From an uncultured Clostridia bacterium (GTDB lineage: Bacteria; Bacillota; Clostridia; TANB77; CAG-508), in the NCBI GenBank assembly GCA_949045875.1, contig CARPYP010000001.1, forward strand, positions 57,166-121,165: 64,000 nt of DNA. Direction: 5' to 3'. Under the pieces are notes generated by a model. That model did no database searches. It was not told the DNA's origin and saw only the letters and a program-made list of their open reading frames with translations. The translations under genes were made by a program, and so were the position numbers. The first letter of the stretch is position 1, and each line of letters starts with the position of its first letter. Positions 19,769 through 29,354 of this stretch are shown in pieces.

Positions 19769-21461
19769 CTAAATTGTCCTGCCTTTTTATTTTATTTGTT
19801 GTTGTTTTTATTAGTGGTTCTTCTGTTAGTATTATTCCTTTTATTGCTTTGTATTTTGGCATTGTTTTGTTTATTTCCTTTATCTTGCTTGCTAAAACAT
19901 CATGTATTTCTTCATCTGCTTCTACTTTGTAAACATCTTTTATTATTTCTCTATTAAATACTATTTTTACATTTATTTTTATGTCATTTTTATCTTCTGA
20001 TTGCTTTTTACCGAATACAAATGATTCTTCTACACCTTCTATTTTGTTTACTAGGTTTTCCATTTCTTCTGGGAATATATTTTTACCATTTTTTAGTACT
20101 ATTACACTTTTCTTTCTTCCGCAAATGTATATATACCCTTCTTCATCTATTCTAGCTAAGTCCCCTGTATAGAACCATTCATCTTTTATAGCTTCATTTG
20201 TTGCTTTTTTATTGTTAAAATATCCTAACATAATGCTTGGTCCTCTTACAATAAGCTCTCCTATACCTTCATCATTTGCATTTACTATTTTTGCTTCAAC
20301 ACTTGGTACTGTTTTTCCTATTGAACCTGTTTTATAATATTTATTTGTTCCAATTGCTACAACTGGAGAGGTTTCTGTTAAACCATATCCTTGTACTATA
20401 TTTATTCCAAGTAGTCTATATTTTTCTTCTATTTTTGGGTCTAAAGCTGCTGCTCCACTTATGAATAATTTTACTTTTCCACCAATCATATTATGTATTT
20501 CTTTAAATACTTCTTTTCTTTGTTCCATAGAAGCATTTTTATATTTTTCTTCGTTCTCTAATATTTCTTCTAGCTTGCCTTGTCTTTCTATTTGCTTTCT
20601 AATATTCATAAAGATTCTTTCATATATTGCTGGAACACATGCCATTACTGTTACATTATATTCTTTTAAGTTTTCTACTACATGCCTTAATCCATCACAA
20701 AATACTGTTTGAGCTCCTTTATATAGCGAAAATAAAAATCCTACTGTACATTCAAATACATGATGTATAGGTAATATTGAAAGTAGGACGTCTTCTGATG
20801 TAACATCTATAATGCTTCCAATATCCATTAAGTTTGAACATATATTTTTATGAGATAATGCTACTACTTTTGATTTTGATGTTGTTCCAGATGTAAATAG
20901 CATTATACTCATTTCTTCTGCATTTATCTCTGCATTAATGAATTCTCTGTTTCCTTTGTCTATAAGCTTTTTGCCTGTTTCTATTAGCTCTTTTTGTGAG
21001 TAAATTCCCTCTGAGTGTGAATTTAAATCCATTGCTATTAGATGTTTAAGTTTATTTTTATGACTATATCTTATCTTTTTTATGCTTTCTTCATATTTTT
21101 TTGAGTAAAAAATAGCTTCTATTTCTGACCTTTCTATTAATTCTTTTAATTCATTTTCTGGCAATGATTTATCTAATGGCACAACTATCCCAGTTCCACA
21201 AACTATTGATAAATATGCAATTTCCCATTCATACCTGTTTTCCCCAATTACAGCTATTCTTTTTCCTTTTAATCCCAAGTTTATTAGAGATGTTCCTAGA
21301 GCCTCTATCATTTCTCTTATTTCATTGTGTGTAAAAATTTCATATTTTCCATTTTCTATTTTTATTTTATAGGCTGGCTTTTCTCCATATAGTTTTTTAG
21401 TTTTATTTAACATATCTTTTAAATCTGTTATTTCTAAATGATCGTATATTCGCTTATCCAT
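19743..21461 (-). CDS. Long-chain fatty acid--CoA ligase / AMP-dependent synthetase (FadD-like) 1
   Basis: 572 aa. AMP-binding motif TSGTTSKSKVV, GYGLTETS. Confidence 0.8.
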   Translation of the reverse strand: MDKRIYDHLEITDLKDMLNKTKKLYGEKPAYKIKIENGKYEIFTHNEIREMIEALGTSLINLGLKGKRIAVIGENRYEWEIAYLSIVCGTGIVVPLDKSLPENELKELIERSEIEAIFYSKKYEESIKKIRYSHKNKLKHLIAMDLNSHSEGIYSQKELIETGKKLIDKGNREFINAEINAEEMSIMLFTSGTTSKSKVVALSHKNICSNLMDIGSIIDVTSEDVLLSILPIHHVFECTVGFLFSLYKGAQTVFCDGLRHVVENLKEYNVTVMACVPAIYERIFMNIRKQIERQGKLEEILENEEKYKNASMEQRKEVFKEIHNMIGGKVKLFISGAAALDPKIEEKYRLLGINIVQGYGLTETSPVVAIGTNKYYKTGSIGKTVPSVEAKIVNANDEGIGELIVRGPSIMLGYFNNKKATNEAIKDEWFYTGDLARIDEEGYIYICGRKKSVIVLKNGKNIFPEEMENLVNKIEGVEESFVFGKKQSEDKNDIKINVKIVFNREIIKDVYKVEADEEIHDVLASKIKEINKTMPKYKAIKGIILTEEPLIKTTTNKIKRQDNLDAIEKVKN

Positions 21462-21527
21462 TTTTTATACATTTCCCTCCGTTGTATTAAAGTTATTTTT
21501 CATTTATTGAGTTTAAGTTTTCATATA

Positions 21528-23261
21528 TTAAGTCGGAAAAGAATTATTAATGATTCTTTTCATTTCTTCTTGGCGTTTAATTTTTTTAGTGGTAGTCTTA
21601 ATCAATTCCTCACTACTTAAAATCATATTTTGAATATGTTTATATCTAGGAAAAGTAGTATTTAATTTTTTTATTTCATCCCAAATAATTTTAAATAATT
21701 CATTTTCGGATTTATCTTTATATTTTTCTTGTGCAACTTCTTTACTATATACAATTTTTACTGATAATTTCACATCATTTTTATCATTTTCATCTGGTAA
21801 ACCAAAAACGAAACATTCTTCTACTAATTCTATTCTATTTATTAAAGTTTCTAGTTCTTCTGGAAAAACTTTTTTTCCATTTTTTAGAACTATCATATTT
21901 TTATTTCTACCTGTTATAATCAAATATCCTTTTTCATCTATATAGCCTAAATCTCCTGTATAGAACCACCCATCTTTTAATACACTTTCTGTCTCTTCTG
22001 GCATTTCATAATATCCTAACATTACATTTGGTCCTTTTACTCTTATTTCTCCTATACCGTTTTCATCTTTGTTTGCAATTTCCATAGTTACATTAATCAT
22101 TGGTAATCCTACTGAACCATTTTTCATGTGTTTATTATCTTCTGCCGCTATTACTGGTGATGTCTCTGTTAGACCATAGCCTTGTACTGTTTTTATTCCT
22201 AAGTTATTAAATCCTTTTGATATTTCTGGGTCTGCTGGTGCACCTCCAGATATAACAAATCTTAATTCTCCTCCTAATGCTTCTATTACTGGTTTGAATA
22301 ATTTTCTTCTTATGTCAATATGGAATTTTAGTAAAAAATTACTTATTTTCATTGCGTTTTTTATTAATTTCGTTTTTCCTTGTTTTTCTATTTCTTTCAT
22401 TATTGTTTTATATATTGCTTCTACTAATAAAGGTACTCCAATGAATAAAGTTACTTTATATTCGTTTAAATTTTGCTTAATATATCTTAACCCATCTGGA
22501 AATACAGTTTTCACTCCTGTTGCTAACATCATTAACATTCCTGTTGAACCAAATATATGATGGAATGGCAAAAATGCAATATTTGTATCTGTTTCCCTAA
22601 TATCTTCTACACATTGCATTGCATATATATTTGAAGCTACATTTCTTTGGGATATCATTACTGCTTTTGATTTTGATGTTGTTCCTGATGTAAATAATAA
22701 TATATTCATTGCATTTTCATCTATTTGTGCATTTATATAGTCTTTTTTTCCTTCTTGTAATAATTTATCTCCATCATTTATAAGTTTTTTTACAGATTCG
22801 AAGCCTTCTATTTCTCCCATACATATGTATTCTTTTAAGCATGTTTTATTTTTTTCTTTTATTTCTAGCATTTTCTCTGTTAGTTTTTCATCAAAAATTA
22901 TACATTCTGCTTTACTTCTAATTAATGAGTTTTCAAGTTCATCATATTGTAAATCTTTGTCTAATGGTACAGATACTATTCCCCCAAGTAAGTTTGACAA
23001 ATGTGCTAATGCCCATTCATATCTGTTTTTTCCAATAACAGCTATCCTTTTTCCTTTAAACCCTTTTTCATAAAGCATTGTTCCTAATTTATTTATGTCT
23101 TCTAATAATCCTTTATATGAAATGTTTTCATAAGTTACTTCTTTGTTTTCTTGATGTTTTATTACAAATGCTGTTTTTTCATTGTATTTCTTAGCTGATT
23201 CATAAATTATCTCTTTGACACTTTTAAATTCTTTGGCTTCAAATAATTTTCTATTTTCCAT
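21528..23261 (-). CDS. Long-chain fatty acid--CoA ligase / AMP-dependent synthetase (FadD-like) 2, paralog
   Basis: 577 aa. TSGTTSKSKAVM, GYGLTETSP. Roughly 45% identity-level similarity to the neighbouring paralog by eye. Confidence 0.8.
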   Translation of the reverse strand: MENRKLFEAKEFKSVKEIIYESAKKYNEKTAFVIKHQENKEVTYENISYKGLLEDINKLGTMLYEKGFKGKRIAVIGKNRYEWALAHLSNLLGGIVSVPLDKDLQYDELENSLIRSKAECIIFDEKLTEKMLEIKEKNKTCLKEYICMGEIEGFESVKKLINDGDKLLQEGKKDYINAQIDENAMNILLFTSGTTSKSKAVMISQRNVASNIYAMQCVEDIRETDTNIAFLPFHHIFGSTGMLMMLATGVKTVFPDGLRYIKQNLNEYKVTLFIGVPLLVEAIYKTIMKEIEKQGKTKLIKNAMKISNFLLKFHIDIRRKLFKPVIEALGGELRFVISGGAPADPEISKGFNNLGIKTVQGYGLTETSPVIAAEDNKHMKNGSVGLPMINVTMEIANKDENGIGEIRVKGPNVMLGYYEMPEETESVLKDGWFYTGDLGYIDEKGYLIITGRNKNMIVLKNGKKVFPEELETLINRIELVEECFVFGLPDENDKNDVKLSVKIVYSKEVAQEKYKDKSENELFKIIWDEIKKLNTTFPRYKHIQNMILSSEELIKTTTKKIKRQEEMKRIINNSFPT

Positions 23262-23456
23262 ATTAACCCCAAACTTTCTATCTATTCTATTTATATCATA
23301 TAAAGATAAAATTTGAATTAGACTGGGTAGTCAGTCTAAGTTTTTAATCTCTCCCATATTGCTCTTTTTTTGCATCTTGAGTACCATTTTTTTGCATTTC
23401 TTCGATTGTCATAATATCATCCTTTTTCGTTAAAATTTTTATATACAATCATTAAA

Positions 23457-25463
23457 TTACACATTCTCTATAACTTTATTTTCTTTCTGCTTTACTATTC
23501 CACAAATTAGGTCTGCTGTTTTTTCTACTCCTAGAGTTTCGCTATTTATTGATATATCATAGTTTTCGTTATTGCTCCATTCTTTTTCTGTATAGTGTTT
23601 ATAATGATTTGCTCTTAATTTATTTATTTTTTGTATTTCCTTTTTTGCGTTTTCAATTCCATAAATCTCTTTAACTCTTTTTATTTTATCTTTCATATCA
23701 CTATATATAAATACTTTTATTACATCTTCTCTATCTTTTAATATGAAATCTGCACATCTACCTATAATTACACAAGATTCCTTTTCTGCAATTTGTTTTA
23801 TTACTTCTGATTCTTTTATAAATAGTTCGTCTGAATAGTTTAATCCAAAGTAATATCCATTGTTTAAATTTTCTAGTATTTCTCTTTTCTGTTCATGATT
23901 TTCTATATATTCTTCTGATAATCCAGTTTCTTCTGCTACTTTTTTTATGAATTCTTTATCATATAATTTTATTCCTAATTTATCTGCAATTAATTTTCCT
24001 ATATATCTTCCACCTGAGCCATATTCTCTTGATATTGTTATTACAGTATGCTCTTTTAATTTGTTGTCTGTAATTGTGTCTTCTTCTATTACATTACTTT
24101 TTGATGTTCTCTTACTCAAATTTTTTGCCTCTAAAGCTATCAATACTACTGCAAGCACAAATGCTATTCCATCTGCTACTGGTCCTGAATATAGAACTCC
24201 CATAATTCCAAACATACTGCTTAATATTATCATTGATGGTATTAAAAATCCAATTTGTCTTGATAATGATAAAATTACACTTTTTACACTTTTTCCTATT
24301 GCTTGGAAAAATATTCCTGCTGGAATTTGTATTCCATTACAGATACATAATAGTAAATATGTTCTAAATGATAAACATGCAAATTCCATATATAGTTCAT
24401 CACCACTACCAAATATAGAAATTAACTTATCTGGTATTGTTTGGAATAATATGAAAGCAATTGTACTAATTATAACACTTAATCCTAATACCAATTTTAA
24501 TGTTTGTTTTACTCTATCAAATTTTCTTGCTCCATAATTGTACCCAAATATTGGTTGTGAACCTGCTGCAATTCCGATTATTATACTATTTAATATTTGG
24601 CTTATTTTCATAACAATTCCTAATACTGTTATTGGTATTTCTGAACCATATTTTGATTGTGCTCCATATTTCGCAAGTAAATTGTTTTCAAATGCCATAA
24701 CAACTACAAAACTCATTTGTGTTACAAAACTACTTATTCCTAATGTCGATATTCTTTTTAATACATTAAATTTGATTTTGAATGTTTCTTTTGTTAATGT
24801 TACTGATTTGAATTTTTTTATGTACATAATGTTTATTGCAAATGTTATAAATTGACTTAATACTGTTGCTATTGCTGCTCCTTCTATTCCCATTTTAAAT
24901 GCAAATATGAAAATTGGGTCTAGTATAATGTTTATAACCGCTCCTAATACCATGGATGTCATTGCATATTTTGGGCTTCCGTCTGCTCTAATTATTGAGT
25001 TTAATGTAGTTCCTATCATCATAAATGGTAACCCAATTGCTATAATTCTTCCATATCCAATTGCGTAGTTTCTTAATGCATCTGTACATCCAAACATATT
25101 TAATAATGGCGATAAAAATATTAATGTAAATATGCAAAATATAATTGCTATTATTATAGATAATGTAATTGCATTTCCTACACCTTTTTCTGCTTCTTCT
25201 TTCTTTTTTTCTCCTAGTTTTAAACTTAAGTAGGCTGATGCACCATCTCCTATCATTAATGAAAATGCTAAACATATCATTGCTAATGGAAATACTACAT
25301 TTGTTGCTCCATTTGCTAAATAATCTACTCCCCAACCAATAAATATTTGATCTACAATATTGTATAATGCGTTTACTAATAGTGATATTATACATGGAAT
25401 TGAGAATTTTATAATTAATTTTTGTATTTTTTCACTTCCTAATATATTTTCTTCTTTTTCCAA
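23457..25463 (-). CDS. MATE-family efflux transporter fused to a C-terminal cytidylate-kinase-like (AAA_28-type) domain
   Basis: 668 aa. N-terminal ~455 aa has 12 predicted TM helices with MATE repeats. C-terminal ~200 aa carries ISREYGSGGRYIGKLIADKLG, a cytidylate kinase-like P-loop. Single continuous frame. Confidence 0.7.
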   Translation of the reverse strand: MEKEENILGSEKIQKLIIKFSIPCIISLLVNALYNIVDQIFIGWGVDYLANGATNVVFPLAMICLAFSLMIGDGASAYLSLKLGEKKKEEAEKGVGNAITLSIIIAIIFCIFTLIFLSPLLNMFGCTDALRNYAIGYGRIIAIGLPFMMIGTTLNSIIRADGSPKYAMTSMVLGAVINIILDPIFIFAFKMGIEGAAIATVLSQFITFAINIMYIKKFKSVTLTKETFKIKFNVLKRISTLGISSFVTQMSFVVVMAFENNLLAKYGAQSKYGSEIPITVLGIVMKISQILNSIIIGIAAGSQPIFGYNYGARKFDRVKQTLKLVLGLSVIISTIAFILFQTIPDKLISIFGSGDELYMEFACLSFRTYLLLCICNGIQIPAGIFFQAIGKSVKSVILSLSRQIGFLIPSMIILSSMFGIMGVLYSGPVADGIAFVLAVVLIALEAKNLSKRTSKSNVIEEDTITDNKLKEHTVITISREYGSGGRYIGKLIADKLGIKLYDKEFIKKVAEETGLSEEYIENHEQKREILENLNNGYYFGLNYSDELFIKESEVIKQIAEKESCVIIGRCADFILKDREDVIKVFIYSDMKDKIKRVKEIYGIENAKKEIQKINKLRANHYKHYTEKEWSNNENYDISINSETLGVEKTADLICGIVKQKENKVIENV

Positions 25464-26616
25464 TTTTTTTCCTCCATTTTTTATTATTGTTGTTTACTTT
25501 TCTTCCTAATCTGTCTCCTAGTCTACATAATAGTTCATTTGTAATTGTTTCTGCTTTGTTTGCAATTGTTTCTGCTGATATTTCTTTTTGCTCTCCTATT
25601 AGAGTAACTATATCCCCTTGATGAATTCCCTCTATTTTTGATACGTCTATTATTAATTGATCCATACATATTCTTCCTATTATTTCTGCATATTTCCCAT
25701 TTACCATTACTTTTACATTTTTGTTGCTTAAATTTCTAGGGAATCCATCTGCATATCCTATTGAAACTGTAGCAATTTTTTTGTTAGTATTTGCTATAAA
25801 TGTTCTTCCATAACTTACACTTTCTTGTTCTTCAATTTCTTTAATACTTGTTATTCTTGCTTTTAATGTTAGAACCGGTTTTAAATTAAGTTTTATCTTT
25901 GGTTCATCTTCATTATAAATTCCATACATGATAATTCCTGGGCGCACAAAATCACAGTTTACATTCGTATAGTTTAATATTCCATAACTTGCTTGTATAT
26001 GTATCTTTCCTGTATCATATCCTAAGCTTTTTATTTTATCTATACATTTAAAGAAATTATTAATTTGCATATTTGTGAATTCTATATCATCTTTTTTTGT
26101 GCTATCTGATACACATAGATGACTAAATGTTCCTAATATTTCAGTGTTTTTCATTTTATATATATTTATTAGATTTTCTATATTTTTATAACTTTCTCCT
26201 ATTCGGTTCATTCCTGTGTTTATTTTTATATGTACTTTTAATTTTTTTTCTAATTTCATTTGCTCTATCTTTTTTGCGTATTCATAGTCTACTATTGTTT
26301 GGATTAAGTCATATTTAATTATATTTTCTATTTCGTTTATGTCTGTATAACCTAATATCAATATATTCCCTTTTATGTTATTTTTTCTTAATTTAATTCC
26401 TTCTGATAGTGTTGCCACTGCGAAATCCTCTATTCCTATTTCGTTTAGTTTTTTGGCTATTTCTATCATTCCATGTCCATATGCATTTGCTTTTACAATT
26501 GCCATTATTTTACATGTTTCTGGTATTACGCTTTTTATTTCTTTTATATTGTTTTCTAAGTTTTCTAAATTTATTTCTATCCATGCTCTATCTCGCTTTG
26601 CAAGTTCTTCTTCCAT
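25432..26616 (-). CDS. alr: Alanine racemase
   Basis: 394 aa. PLP-lysine motif AIVKANAYGHG. Confidence 0.85.
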   Translation of the reverse strand: MEEELAKRDRAWIEINLENLENNIKEIKSVIPETCKIMAIVKANAYGHGMIEIAKKLNEIGIEDFAVATLSEGIKLRKNNIKGNILILGYTDINEIENIIKYDLIQTIVDYEYAKKIEQMKLEKKLKVHIKINTGMNRIGESYKNIENLINIYKMKNTEILGTFSHLCVSDSTKKDDIEFTNMQINNFFKCIDKIKSLGYDTGKIHIQASYGILNYTNVNCDFVRPGIIMYGIYNEDEPKIKLNLKPVLTLKARITSIKEIEEQESVSYGRTFIANTNKKIATVSIGYADGFPRNLSNKNVKVMVNGKYAEIIGRICMDQLIIDVSKIEGIHQGDIVTLIGEQKEISAETIANKAETITNELLCRLGDRLGRKVNNNNKKWRKKIGKRRKYIRK

Positions 26617-26653
26617 TTTTCTTACCTTCTTTTATTTTATATCTCTCTTGTCA

Positions 26654-26682
26654 GAGCACAGTGCACTGTGCCACTACATCGC
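26654..26682. repeat. GC-hairpin repeat family member (GCACAGTGCACTGTGC + CACTACATC)
   Basis: Perfect palindrome plus CTACA tail between alr and ddl. Confidence 0.5.
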
Positions 26683-26688
26683 TAATTT

Positions 26689-27747
26689 CTAGCTTCTAAT
26701 TTCTAGTTCAATTAATTTATCCAATAATTGTTCAAAGTTTATTCCTACTTGTTTCATCATACTAGGATATCTACTATGTGATGTAAATCCTGGTATAGTA
26801 TTTATTTCGTTGAAATATATTTCTCCTTTTGGTGTTAAAAACATGTCTACTCTTGCAAAGTCTTTACATTTTAATATTTTATATATTTTTTTTGCAGTTT
26901 CTTTTACTTCGTCTGAAATACTTTTTTCTATTCTCGCTGGTACATGTATTTTTGATGTTTTTAGTGTGTATTTTTCTGTATAGTTGAAAAATCCTTTGCT
27001 TAATTCTATTTCGTCTATTTCCCCTACTGTTAATTTTTCATTTCCTAATATTGCACATCCTATTTCTATTCCTTCTATGTTCTCTTCTATTATTATTTCT
27101 GTGTCATATTTTAGTGCTTCTTTTATTGCTCCTTCTATTTCATTTTCGCTTTCTACTTTTGTTATTCCAAATGAAGAACCTGCTCTCATTGGTTTTACAA
27201 ATAGTGGATATTTCAATTGTTTTAGCTTCTCTTCTATTTCTTTTTGCTTTGCTTTATCGTTTATAACTATACTTTTCGCTACTTTTATTCCATAACTTTC
27301 TACTAGTTTATGTGATAAGTGCTTGTCCATGCATAGACTAGATGATAATGTGTCACATCCTATTAGTGGTATCCCTGATAGGGCAATTAACCCTTGGACT
27401 GTTCCGTCTTCTCCATTTGAACCATGTAGTACTGGGAATATTGCATCTAATTTTATTAATTTATTATTGTTTTCTATTTCTATTATTCCTTTATCGTCTG
27501 GATTTGTTGAAATAAATGTTTTTGTACATTTTCCTTCTTTCTCCCAGGTATTATTTTTTATGTTTTCTTTTTCTCCCTCATATTTATACCAGTTCCCTTG
27601 TTTTGTTATTCCTATTAATGTTATATCGTATTTTTCTTTGTTTATATTTGTTATTACACTGTATGCTGATTCTAATGATACATCATATTCTGGACTTTTT
27701 CCTCCAAATATTATTCCTATTTTCTTTTTTTCCATTTTTTGTTTCAT
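26689..27747 (-). CDS. ddl: D-alanine--D-alanine ligase family protein with Van-ligase-like C-terminal signature
   Basis: 352 aa ATP-grasp. IGIIFGGKSPEYDVSLESA N-terminus. C-terminal NTIPGFTSHSRYPSMM resembles VanA/VanC/VanG-type ligases more than DdlB. Confidence 0.8.
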   Translation of the reverse strand: MKQKMEKKKIGIIFGGKSPEYDVSLESAYSVITNINKEKYDITLIGITKQGNWYKYEGEKENIKNNTWEKEGKCTKTFISTNPDDKGIIEIENNNKLIKLDAIFPVLHGSNGEDGTVQGLIALSGIPLIGCDTLSSSLCMDKHLSHKLVESYGIKVAKSIVINDKAKQKEIEEKLKQLKYPLFVKPMRAGSSFGITKVESENEIEGAIKEALKYDTEIIIEENIEGIEIGCAILGNEKLTVGEIDEIELSKGFFNYTEKYTLKTSKIHVPARIEKSISDEVKETAKKIYKILKCKDFARVDMFLTPKGEIYFNEINTIPGFTSHSRYPSMMKQVGINFEQLLDKLIELEIRS

Positions 27748-27749
27748 TC

Positions 27750-28102
27750 CTTTCTTTATTTATTGTTTTATCATATAAGGGCACAGTGGTGCCCCTACAA
27801 GTAAAATTTATTTCATAAATTTTCCACGCTTTTTATTCCTAAATATACCTTTTGTTTCGTTCCTTTCTTTATGTATTGTTTTATTATATAAGGGCACAGT
27901 GGTGTCACTTCCCTCTTCGAGCCCAGTTAAATTTGGCGTTGCCAAATTTATCGTAGGTATTCCCGCAAACGGTGCCCCTACAAGTAAAATTTATTTCATA
28001 AATTTTTCACGCTTTTTCTTATTTTACTTTTTCTTTTATTCTTCTGTATAGAAATGCTTGTAAAATTTATTTCATAAATTTTCCACGCTTTTTATTCCTC
28101 CA
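27750..28102. repeat. Three imperfect tandem copies of an intergenic unit (AT palindrome AAAATTTATTTCATAAATTTT + CCACGCTTTTT). Two copies carry the GGGCAC..GTGCCCCTACAAG hairpin; one hairpin has a 67-nt insert in the loop
   Basis: Units at ~27750-27840, 27863-28027 and 28060-28102. The second unit has tcacttccctcttcgagcccagttaaatttggcgttgccaaatttatcgtaggtattcccgcaaacg inserted between the hairpin arms. Confidence 0.65.
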
Positions 28103-29321
28103 TATACATAATGTCTACATCTACATTTGTATTTATTCCATCTATTCGTCCAGTGTCACACATTTGCCATATTGAATATTTCCCTTGGTAATTGGTTTGA
28201 CTTGTATAATGTGCTAACCAGGTATCATGTTTTGTTGGATTCCATATTTTTTCTAAGTAGTTTTTACTGCTGTATAAGAGTCCTTTGTATCCGTTTTCTA
28301 CTAGTGTGTCTAAAAATACATTTGCTGCTTTGTTTATTGTATAAAAACTCATTCCTGCTTTATTAAATGAGTTCCAACTTTCCCAGTCAAAGGCTATTGG
28401 TAATTCTATTTCATATTGTTTTATTTGCTCTTTTACCCATTCTGCTTGTTCTTTTGCTTGTTTTATGTTTTTTGCATATGAGTAATAATATATCCCTACT
28501 GGTATTCCTACTCTTTTTGCTCCTTCTATGTTAGCTACAAAGTATGGGTCTATTACGTTTTCTCCATCATAGTCTGTTTGATATCCCATTCTTATTATTA
28601 CAAATTCTGCTCCTGCATTTTTTACTTTTTCCCAGTCTATTTCTCCTTGCCATTTGGATACGTCTATTCCTATTTTTGTTTTTTCATTTTTGTAGTTGTC
28701 TAATATGTCGTTAAAGTAAATAGGCTCTTTTGGCACTGGCGGTTGCCCTGGTGTTGTTTGTTCTTCTATTACATGTAATGTGAAGTCTTTTTTTGCTTGA
28801 TTTCCACTTGAGTCTGTTACAATATATGTTAATTTATAGTCTCCTACCGTGTTAAAATCATATTCTCCTACAATTTCTCTTTTAGGATTATCGTCTATAT
28901 CGTCTCCACTTATTAATACTTCTGTTAAGTTTTTATTAGAACCTTTTTTTACTGTATATGAGGCTCCACTGAATATTTTAGGTGCTGTTACATCTGTTGT
29001 TTTTATATTAAATGTGGCTGTTCTCTTTTTATTTTTTATGTTTATAAAATCAAATGATACTTGTATTTCTCCTAATTTTTCTGTGTCTATTTTATAATCA
29101 TTAATTAGTTCACCATTAAGATTTTCTAGAAAGTCCGATACTTTTGCTTCTTTTCCAAATTCGATTGTTAGATTTTCTTTTAATGTAACCGCTTCTGCAT
29201 CTATTCTTTTGTTTTCTTGTTCTTCATTATACATCCATATACAAATTCCTGTTACACCAATTATAACTATTATGATTATACTTATTATAATAGTTGATAC
29301 TTTTTTCATATTTAATTTCAT
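28092..29321 (-). CDS. Membrane-anchored GH25 lysozyme (muramidase) with N-terminal Ig-like region
   Basis: 409 aa. N-terminal TM anchor. C-terminal GIDVSKWQGEIDWEKVKNAGAEFVIIRMGY, characteristic of glycoside hydrolase family 25. Confidence 0.75.
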   Translation of the reverse strand: MKLNMKKVSTIIISIIIIVIIGVTGICIWMYNEEQENKRIDAEAVTLKENLTIEFGKEAKVSDFLENLNGELINDYKIDTEKLGEIQVSFDFINIKNKKRTATFNIKTTDVTAPKIFSGASYTVKKGSNKNLTEVLISGDDIDDNPKREIVGEYDFNTVGDYKLTYIVTDSSGNQAKKDFTLHVIEEQTTPGQPPVPKEPIYFNDILDNYKNEKTKIGIDVSKWQGEIDWEKVKNAGAEFVIIRMGYQTDYDGENVIDPYFVANIEGAKRVGIPVGIYYYSYAKNIKQAKEQAEWVKEQIKQYEIELPIAFDWESWNSFNKAGMSFYTINKAANVFLDTLVENGYKGLLYSSKNYLEKIWNPTKHDTWLAHYTSQTNYQGKYSIWQMCDTGRIDGINTNVDVDIMYMEE

Positions 29322-29354
29322 CCCTTTCTTCTAACTTGCTCCTATATAATTATA

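Noticed and set aside
23341-23412. 21-codon minus-strand ORF (MTIEEMQKNGTQDAKKEQYGRD) just downstream of the MATE gene
   Set aside because: Weak RBS (AAGGA with poor spacing context), hydrophilic low-information peptide, and no terminator or promoter logic. Likely chance ORF.
24988-25395. 135-aa minus-strand ORF inside the MATE transporter gene
   Set aside because: Alternative frame of a clearly conserved 12-TM transporter. Basic low-complexity translation with no RBS.
27750-28102. Possible CRISPR array upstream of the lysozyme gene (repeated AAAATTTATTTCATAAATTTTCCACGCTTTTT units)
   Set aside because: Only three copies, with unequal spacing (about 90, 165 and 40 nt). The intervening sequence is itself repeated, not unique spacers. 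No cas genes. Interpreted as tandem intergenic repeats.
26689-29321. vanG-type glycopeptide-resistance operon (Van-like ligase + racemase)
   Set aside because: No vanR/vanS, no VanXY-type D,D-peptidase and no membrane VanT serine racemase. The racemase is a short soluble Alr. More likely the housekeeping ddl-alr pair of a Clostridium-type organism.
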